32,359 nt of DNA from a virus (taxonomy: Duplodnaviria; Caudoviricetes), in the IMG/VR virus record IMGVR_UViG_3300007954_000004, positions 1-32,359 of that record. One strand, 5' to 3'. Shown in pieces: positions 26,219 to 32,359 of the stretch (within the stretch, counting starts at the first letter, position 1; the number at the start of each line of letters is the position of its first letter). The notes beneath the pieces were generated by a model, which was not told where the DNA came from, searched no databases, and saw only the letters and a program-made list of their open reading frames with translations. A program made the translations under genes and the position numbers.

Positions 26219-29056
26219 ATGGCATTAAGTCCTCAATTACTACAGTTCAAAAGCTCAGGCGTATATCGCTTAGAGTTCGACAAATCACAAACCGTGAACA
26301 TCCCTGCTGAAACTATTAGATTAGTTGTAGGTAGATCTAACAAAGGTCCTTACAACACTCCAGTATTAGTAGAAGATGTTGAACAGTTTAAAAATGTATT
26401 CGGTGGCATCGATAAGTCACTAGAAAAGAAAAATATGTTCTTCCACAGATCAGCTATTGAAGCTTTATCTAGAGGACCAATCTTAGCATTAAACTTAACT
26501 GCTGATGATTCTGACGATCAAGTATCGATATTATCTCCAGCAACTAACTCTTCTTCGGAAGGTTTATCTGCTAACACTATTCAATCATCTGCCGTTGCTG
26601 GTAAGAAATTCAGCGATGTATTTGATATTGATAAGTTTTGGAATCCTTCAGACGAGAAGTTATTAGCAGCTGCTGCTGAAGATACAAACCATGGTATCTC
26701 TTTTGTAAATATCAAACAAGACCCAATCACAATTATCATTAGACAAGCTGCTGATACTAGAGGTTTTGAATTAACTGCAAGAGAATGGTACGGAGAATCT
26801 AACATTCCAGAAGGCGTTGAAGCTGATGAATACGTATCAGACTACTTAGTAGATGTATTTGTATTCAAAGGTAAATTTGATGCTGCTGAATTAAATAATG
26901 ACCCTAACTACGGTACTTACTTTGATGCTAATGGTTTATACAAATCAGAATTCGCTAAATTTGCTGGATTAAGAGAAGTAACTTTAATGGCACAATATAA
27001 TGGATTATCTTTAATCCCTGAATTTATTGATGCTGAAGGTAATCAAATGTACATCGAAACTCTAATTAATATGGAGGCTAGAAGAACAGGTTTATTCTGT
27101 GCTGTACGAGAAGATGCACTTCCACAAATTGATTTAATTGGTAACAATTTCGACATCTACCAAGATTACGAAGTATTATCACATAAAGTAGAACAAATAA
27201 AAACTAGTACTATAGTAGATATTAGTGGTTTCGGTGACAATTCAGTAGATGGATATACTTTAACAATCGAAGGAGCTACACCAGTTGGACTTGCTACTGC
27301 AGGAATTAACGATACTAAATATTTAAAATCTGTAATAGCTGGAGAGTTTGTTAAGATTGATACAATAGAAGCTACTGCAGGCGGTTCAATTATTACTTCA
27401 ACAACCGGTGATATTTCTAAATCTTATGAGAAATTTGCAGCTGGAACATCAGCAACATGGAATAGCCCAGCTGTTGTTACAGTAGACGGCAACGGAAACT
27501 TAAAATTAAGCGCTGCGCCATTTGCGTATGGAGACTTATTAGTAGGTGGAAATGCATTCTTATTATCTGAAAACGCAGGTGAATATGTTGCAATCAATAC
27601 AATTGATATAGATAACGTAACAGGAGAGGTAACTGTATCTCCAGCAGGTAATGTTGGATTTAGTACGGATTACGCAAATGCTAACGCATCTGAATTAGTA
27701 GTATATAAAAGAGCATTAAATACAGCATTTGATATATGGACATTATCTCCAAACGATAGAACAGAGATGTTCCCTACACTAGCAGGTGGTTGGGAATGGA
27801 CTGATAATTTAGCTGGAGCATTTACTTACTCTTACGCAGGTGTTGGTGTATTAAACGCTAATATTAAAGTAGGAATGTATATCCCAGGTGATGGTGGTAA
27901 ACTATCTAGAGTTAAGAGAATCGAAAAAACTTACGATGGTGTTAATACTAAATATAAATTCTTTACACATAGAGTAGTTTCTTCTAGACCAGCTTATGCA
28001 CTTAAGAGATATGAAGATGCTTCTGGATTATATAAAACGTTCCCATTAGAAGGAGCAACACAAACTGAAAAGAGTATTGCAGAATTACTATCAGCAATTA
28101 AGCCAGGAACTGGTTTAGGAAACGCTTTAGTAGATAAAGACAATATCACATTCAGATATGTAGTTGATACATTTGGTTCTTTAGAGAACGGATCAATCTT
28201 AAATAAGGAAGAATTATCATTCTTATGTAAAGAAAGACAAAATGCAGCAGCAATTCTTAACGCACCAATGGTGAAAGAACTTAAAGCAGCAACTAACCCA
28301 ACGTTTAAAGACTCATTTGCTCCTTATGGATTTAGTGTGAATCACGTTGCAACAGGAGGTAACTTAGATACTAATCCAACATCTCTTTACACATTACCAT
28401 CGATCAACGCAGGTGCATCTTATGCATTCTACTACGGTCCTGGTCTTAATGTAATTGAGAATGGAAGAACTAAAGTAATTCCACCAGCAGCATACGTATC
28501 TAACAACTATATCGATAAATATTTAGATGCTTTACCATGGTCAATCATCGCAGGTCCTAGAAGAGGAGTTGTAGGTGGAACTGGAGTACAGTCATTAGAG
28601 TTCTCATTCGATAAAAATGATAGAGATATTCTTGAGCCATTTGGTTACAACCCAATCGTATTCGAAAGAGGCGTAGGTTTAACTATTAAAGGTAACAAGA
28701 CTGCACAACAAGGAGTTCAATCAGCACTTTCTTCAGCTCACGTAAGAGAAGTATTAATTTACATTGAAGATGGTCTTGCAGAAATTCTTAAGAATTACCT
28801 ATTTGAATTCAATAGTGCTCAAACTAGATTAGAGATCAAAACTCTTGCTGATAACTTTATGGAATCAGTTAAGAAAGATGGTGGTGTATACGACTATAAG
28901 AATATCATGGACTCTTCAAACAATACGTCTGAAGTAATAGATAACAACATGGGAATCTTAGATACGTTCGTAGAACCAGTTAAAGGTCTTGAAATCTTAG
29001 TATCGAGAGTAACAGTATTAAATACAGGTGAAATCGCAACGGGTAACTTTGCATAA
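26219..29056 (+). CDS. gp18: contractile tail sheath protein (T4 gp18-like), enlarged
   Basis: N-terminal SGVYRLEFDKS and KGPYNTPVLV...FG. C-terminal PWSIIAGPRRG, RDIL...YNPI, GNKT, SALSSAHVRE and LFEFN. 945 aa. Confidence 0.92.
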   Translation: MALSPQLLQFKSSGVYRLEFDKSQTVNIPAETIRLVVGRSNKGPYNTPVLVEDVEQFKNVFGGIDKSLEKKNMFFHRSAIEALSRGPILALNLTADDSDDQVSILSPATNSSSEGLSANTIQSSAVAGKKFSDVFDIDKFWNPSDEKLLAAAAEDTNHGISFVNIKQDPITIIIRQAADTRGFELTAREWYGESNIPEGVEADEYVSDYLVDVFVFKGKFDAAELNNDPNYGTYFDANGLYKSEFAKFAGLREVTLMAQYNGLSLIPEFIDAEGNQMYIETLINMEARRTGLFCAVREDALPQIDLIGNNFDIYQDYEVLSHKVEQIKTSTIVDISGFGDNSVDGYTLTIEGATPVGLATAGINDTKYLKSVIAGEFVKIDTIEATAGGSIITSTTGDISKSYEKFAAGTSATWNSPAVVTVDGNGNLKLSAAPFAYGDLLVGGNAFLLSENAGEYVAINTIDIDNVTGEVTVSPAGNVGFSTDYANANASELVVYKRALNTAFDIWTLSPNDRTEMFPTLAGGWEWTDNLAGAFTYSYAGVGVLNANIKVGMYIPGDGGKLSRVKRIEKTYDGVNTKYKFFTHRVVSSRPAYALKRYEDASGLYKTFPLEGATQTEKSIAELLSAIKPGTGLGNALVDKDNITFRYVVDTFGSLENGSILNKEELSFLCKERQNAAAILNAPMVKELKAATNPTFKDSFAPYGFSVNHVATGGNLDTNPTSLYTLPSINAGASYAFYYGPGLNVIENGRTKVIPPAAYVSNNYIDKYLDALPWSIIAGPRRGVVGGTGVQSLEFSFDKNDRDILEPFGYNPIVFERGVGLTIKGNKTAQQGVQSALSSAHVREVLIYIEDGLAEILKNYLFEFNSAQTRLEIKTLADNFMESVKKDGGVYDYKNIMDSSNNTSEVIDNNMGILDTFVEPVKGLEILVSRVTVLNTGEIATGNFA

Positions 29057-29065
29057 GAAAACAAC

Positions 29066-29074
29066 GATATATAA
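29066..29074 (+). promoter_or_regulatory. putative late promoter GATATATAA
   Basis: 30 nt before the tube ATG. This copy extends into the T4-type TATAAATA (29070-29077). Confidence 0.72.
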
Positions 29075-29095
29075 ATAAAATAAGAAATTAAAGAT

Positions 29096-29653
29096 ATGGC
29101 TTTACCACATTATTCAGAGGACCAAACTAGCAAGAAGGGAAGAAACTTCGAGCCCGTTCAAGCTAACCTATTCGAGGTAACAATTTTACCACCGGATGGA
29201 GTTGCTGGACAAGAGTTCCTTTTACAACACGTTAATTCAATTAGTGGATTAGATACTATGGCTCCTGCAGTAGATGCAGTCGGACAAAAATATAAGTTTT
29301 CCGATAGATCTTACGCTGGTATGCCTGGTGCAACTTCAATTGATATTACAGTTAGCTTCTCGCTTAACTTAAATGATTCTAACCAAGCTTACTTGTATAA
29401 AACATTAAGACAATGGTATAGAGCTCAATATAATCCAGAAACTGGAGAAATGGGTCTTAAAAAGAATTATGTTGGTACAATAGTTGTTGTACAATTTAAC
29501 AGAGAAGGTGATATTTACAGAAAAATTACTTTAGATGATTGTTTCATCACTTCAGGTGTAAACCTTGTTGGTGAACTTAACTACGAGTCAGCTGACGCAG
29601 TAGCATTAGAAGTAGGTTGGAAGTGTGATACTTTCTCAGAAGAGTTGAACTAA
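29096..29653 (+). CDS. gp19: tail tube protein (T4 gp19-like)
   Basis: 185 aa directly after the sheath. NLFEVTI, LRQW, KKNYVGTIVVVQFNREG and LNYES fit tube proteins. Confidence 0.85.
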   Translation: MALPHYSEDQTSKKGRNFEPVQANLFEVTILPPDGVAGQEFLLQHVNSISGLDTMAPAVDAVGQKYKFSDRSYAGMPGATSIDITVSFSLNLNDSNQAYLYKTLRQWYRAQYNPETGEMGLKKNYVGTIVVVQFNREGDIYRKITLDDCFITSGVNLVGELNYESADAVALEVGWKCDTFSEELN

Positions 29654-29670
29654 TTTAATAAATTAAGTAT

Positions 29671-29703
29671 AAAGAACGTGTCTAAACAACACGTTCTTTT
29701 TTT
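29671..29703 (+). terminator. intrinsic terminator after tail tube
   Basis: AAAGAACGTGT-ctaaaca-ACACGTTC followed by T7. Confidence 0.88.
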
Positions 29704-29745
29704 AACTTTAAAAAACATAATATAATATCAAGATAATAAAAGATT

Positions 29746-29964
29746 ATGAGTGATAAACTAACAAAAAAATTACAAGTCCTTTTGACTGAGGGAGAAGTTC
29801 GTGAAGTAAACCGAATTATCTTGAATGATGCTTTGGATAATGAGACTCGTCCCATATCTGTAAGTGGATTCATAAGAAATCTAATAAAGTCAGAATTAAG
29901 TGTAAGAACTGTAGAACAGAGATCCTACATAAAGCAAAATCTCAAAAACTTAAAAAGTAAATAA
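29746..29964 (+). CDS. small ribbon-helix-helix-like DNA-binding protein
   Basis: 72 aa. KKLQVLLT (strand), EGEVREVNRII (helix), SVSGFIRNLI (helix) is the CopG/Arc pattern. Confidence 0.6.
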   Translation: MSDKLTKKLQVLLTEGEVREVNRIILNDALDNETRPISVSGFIRNLIKSELSVRTVEQRSYIKQNLKNLKSK

Positions 29965-29966
29965 CA

Positions 29967-30971
29967 ATGAGCGAAAAGAAAAACAAAATGAGTTCCGAAG
30001 AAGCTAAAATGGCGAGAGCCTTAGAAGCTAAAGACGCTATTAACAACCCAACTCCTGATTCAAATGAAGGAACTGCTTCAGATATGGAATCTGTTGTTGA
30101 CAAAGGTGGGCTTGGTAGAGTTAATATGTCGAATTTTACACCAGATAAAGCACAATCTTCTGATAGTGCATTAGGATGGCATGTATTGGATCAAGTAACA
30201 TTACCGTCAATGGGTAAATTTTATCCAGCTGATAGTGTAATTAAAATTAGATCTGCAAGAGCTGCAGAGATTAGACATTTTTCTACTATGGATGAGAATA
30301 ATTACATCGATATGGAAGAGAAGCTAAACTCAGTAGTAGAATCATGTACTCAAATGACATCTGGTAGTAAAAGATTATCTTACAAGGATATTCTAGAAGA
30401 AGATAGAATAGTTCTATTGCTTTCTATTAGAGACCTTACTTTTCCAGAACCAGAAAACAAATTAATGTTAAATGGTAAATCTGAAAAGACTAAAAAGAAA
30501 ATAGATCTTGAATTAGCAGTTAAAAACCTAGTACCTTCTATTATCGATGAAGAGATAGAAAAGTATTATGATGATAAAAAAAGAACGTATGTTATTAAAA
30601 CTCGTTCTGCTGGTGAAATCGTAATGTGTCCACCGACAATTGGTGTTATGCAAGAGGTTACTCAATACTTGAAAGATCGTAATGAGAAGGAAATAGAATT
30701 TGATAAAGCATTTATCCAAGTATTACCTTATATACAAGGTGATTGGAGAACCCTAAGTCTAACAAAGATATTTCAATTAGAAGTAGACTATAAGGCATGG
30801 GATCAAAAAAAGTTTATGATTGTATATAGACTTGCTGAAAGAATGAGAATTGGTGTTCAAGCAACACTAGAATCTACCGTAGACGGAGAGTTGGTGAAAG
30901 CCCCTCTTGAGTTCCCAGGTGGCATCAAAAGTCTTTTCATTATTTCAGATCTCGCTGGAGAATTACTTTAA
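29967..30971 (+). CDS. baseplate hub assembly / tail assembly chaperone (T4 gp26-like)
   Basis: LPSMGKFYP, IKIRS, EDRIVLLLSIRDLTF, MCPPT and C-terminal GIKSLF resemble gp26-family blocks. Lies between tube and tape-measure genes. Confidence 0.65.
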   Translation: MSEKKNKMSSEEAKMARALEAKDAINNPTPDSNEGTASDMESVVDKGGLGRVNMSNFTPDKAQSSDSALGWHVLDQVTLPSMGKFYPADSVIKIRSARAAEIRHFSTMDENNYIDMEEKLNSVVESCTQMTSGSKRLSYKDILEEDRIVLLLSIRDLTFPEPENKLMLNGKSEKTKKKIDLELAVKNLVPSIIDEEIEKYYDDKKRTYVIKTRSAGEIVMCPPTIGVMQEVTQYLKDRNEKEIEFDKAFIQVLPYIQGDWRTLSLTKIFQLEVDYKAWDQKKFMIVYRLAERMRIGVQATLESTVDGELVKAPLEFPGGIKSLFIISDLAGELL

Positions 30972-31218
30972 GACAAAGTTCTACCTGGGTATACATCTTA
31001 GGATGCAGCCTTCAGAGATCGAAAACATGTATTACTACGAATATTGGTATTATGTCAAGAATCTGTCGGAGTACATCAAGAATAAGAATAAGCAACAATC
31101 GGATCAACAAGAACAGGCCAACGATCAACAGAGCGCAATGAGCTCTAAGTATAAAACGCCTTCGATGCCCAAGATCCCCTCTATGAAGACGCCATCGTTT
31201 AAGATGCCGAAAATGTAG
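30907..31218 (+). CDS. gp51-like hub assembly catalyst, probably expressed as a +1 frameshift extension of the upstream ORF
   Basis: SLENYFKTKFYL...SEIENMYYYEYWYYV resembles the gp51 pattern SLENYY.TNF.L......ELENM.PWER..YV. The listed start is a TTG inside the upstream gene. The first ATG (31003) lies after the conserved block begins. Confidence 0.6.
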   Translation: MSSQVASKVFSLFQISLENYFKTKFYLGIHLRMQPSEIENMYYYEYWYYVKNLSEYIKNKNKQQSDQQEQANDQQSAMSSKYKTPSMPKIPSMKTPSFKMPKM

Positions 31219-31219
31219 A

Positions 31220-31228
31220 GATATATAA
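31220..31228 (+). promoter_or_regulatory. putative late promoter GATATATAA
   Basis: Begins 1 nt after the upstream stop, 73 nt before ATG 31293. Confidence 0.7.
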
Positions 31229-31236
31229 TAAGAGTG

Positions 31237-31272
31237 AGGGGTATGTTTTCCTAAGCATACCCTTTTCTTTTT
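31237..31272 (+). terminator. terminator/attenuator-like hairpin inside the leader of the tape-measure gene
   Basis: AGGGGTATGTTT-tcct-AAGCATACCCTT (12 bp with two G-U pairs) followed by TTCTTTTT. Confidence 0.7.
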
Positions 31273-31292
31273 AAAAATATTAAGTCAGTTAC

Positions 31293-32359
31293 ATGCCAAA
31301 GAAGAATCCGTTAGCTACTGCATTCGATAAATTCGGCTCTAAAGATGGTGTATTAGGCGAAATTGCCGAAAACACACTTCTTGTCGCAGAAACATTTGAT
31401 GAAGGTGGAGAGATATTTGATAGAATAGACCGAATGGTCGAGGCTATAGAAACTATCGTTGACGGTACAAAATCCGGCAGCGGTGGTCTTCAAGAGGCTA
31501 TTGTATTAAATTTAGTAGCACCAACACTTAAACCAATTGGTTTAGGTATGGGCTTTATTATTGACGCGTTAAACCAGGCCGAGAGTGCTGAGGATTTAAC
31601 GTCAAAATTTGGCGCACTTAACGCTGGATTAGTAGTATTAGGAGATATAGGTAAATCTATATTAATGTTTGCTGCAACGATGGTAATAGGAATACCAATC
31701 TTAATGATTGCAGCAGTAACCGCACCTGTCTGGGTTGGCGGTATTTATGTTATTATACAGGGAATTAAAATGGCAACTCAAGGCCTAAAAGAAGGCGAGT
31801 TGGATAAATTATTAATACTCCACGCAATCGGAATATCAATTGTGAAATTTGGATTATTGATGGCAGCAATGGTATTAATAGCACCAGTTGCACTTATAGG
31901 TATGTTATTTACAGTACCTTTACTTCTAGGTGTTGTTGCAATAGCAAAGTATATAGGTGAGCACTTTACTGAAGAAGCTCTAGATAAATTTATGACTTTT
32001 AATAAAGCAATGGTCATGTTAGGATTAGGTATCTTATCGATTGGTTTATCATTAGCTTTAGTGGCAGTACTTGCAAAGCATATTATTATGGGACTTTTTG
32101 TCTTCGGTATGGTTGCGTTTGGATTAGGTGCAATATTTATGGCATGGGAGAAGTTATTTCGAATAGATGAAACGAAAGCAGAGGCTTATGCAAAATCATT
32201 AGCTTTCTTAGGAATTGGTATTATTACTATTGGTTTAGGCTTAATGTTAATGAATGCATTTGCTGGAGCAATCATGAAAGGTTTAATGGTAGCAGCACTA
32301 GTATTAATGGTAATAGGTGGTGTATTCTTCCTCTTCCAGAAAATGGGCATTAATAAAAC
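31293..32359 (+). CDS. tape-measure-like protein with repeated hydrophobic segments (3'-truncated by window edge)
   Basis: Open from ATG 31293 (MPKKNPLATAFDKFGSKDGV...) to the end of the window, 355 codons. Gly/Ala/Leu/Ile-rich. Follows the tube and chaperone genes. Not in the ORF track. Confidence 0.7.
   Translation, partial: MPKKNPLATAFDKFGSKDGVLGEIAENTLLVAETFDEGGEIFDRIDRMVEAIETIVDGTKSGSGGLQEAIVLNLVAPTLKPIGLGMGFIIDALNQAESAEDLTSKFGALNAGLVVLGDIGKSILMFAATMVIGIPILMIAAVTAPVWVGGIYVIIQGIKMATQGLKEGELDKLLILHAIGISIVKFGLLMAAMVLIAPVALIGMLFTVPLLLGVVAIAKYIGEHFTEEALDKFMTFNKAMVMLGLGILSIGLSLALVAVLAKHIIMGLFVFGMVAFGLGAIFMAWEKLFRIDETKAEAYAKSLAFLGIGIITIGLGLMLMNAFAGAIMKGLMVAALVLMVIGGVFFLFQKMGINK

Noticed and set aside
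426-32017. Other short ORFs in the track that overlap long genes (e.g. 426, 1532, 6542, 8852, 10446, 14511, 14925, 16482, 24642, 25359, 26581, 30528, 31778)
   Set aside because: They are antisense or out of frame to well-supported genes, with no motifs or expression signals.
1-32359. Stop-codon reassignment as seen in some large phages
   Set aside because: Genes are full length and densely packed under the standard code. TAG (portal, gp51-like) and TGA (gp2) serve as stops.

Overview
AT-rich, almost entirely plus-strand segment of a large T4-like (myovirus) phage genome covering the core replication and virion-morphogenesis genes in a strongly rearranged order. In order: 2OG-Fe(II) oxygenase (partial), gp41 helicase, gp47/gp46 (Mre11/Rad50-like), gp15, a very short gp55-like late sigma factor, gp4, gp2, portal gp20, a fused prohead protease/scaffold (gp21+gp22-like), major capsid gp23, clamp loader gp44, RNase H-like 5'-3' exonuclease, gp62-like, gp14-like neck protein with extra domains, terminase gp16/gp17, enlarged sheath gp18, tube gp19, a ribbon-helix-helix protein, a gp26/gp51-like pair and the start of a hydrophobic tape-measure-like gene. 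Start codons have A-rich leaders and no Shine-Dalgarno sequence, which suggests a Bacteroidota host (inference). The most interesting signal is a readable regulatory layer. (1) A non-T4 late-promoter motif, GATATATA(A/C), lies in front of nearly every structural transcription unit, and twice exactly 12 nt before the ATG (probably leaderless mRNAs). (2) A second promoter-like class, AAAC-N17/18-TATAAC, precedes the sigma and clamp-loader genes. (3) The capsid gene has a two-hairpin 5' leader. (4) A promoter is followed at once by a terminator ahead of the tape-measure gene. (5) A likely +1 frameshift joins the gp26-like and gp51-like ORFs. (6) A probable nested scaffold start lies inside the protease gene. 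Several unknown proteins carry capsid-targeting or protease-cleavage-like motifs. All family calls come from motif recognition by eye; no searches were run.
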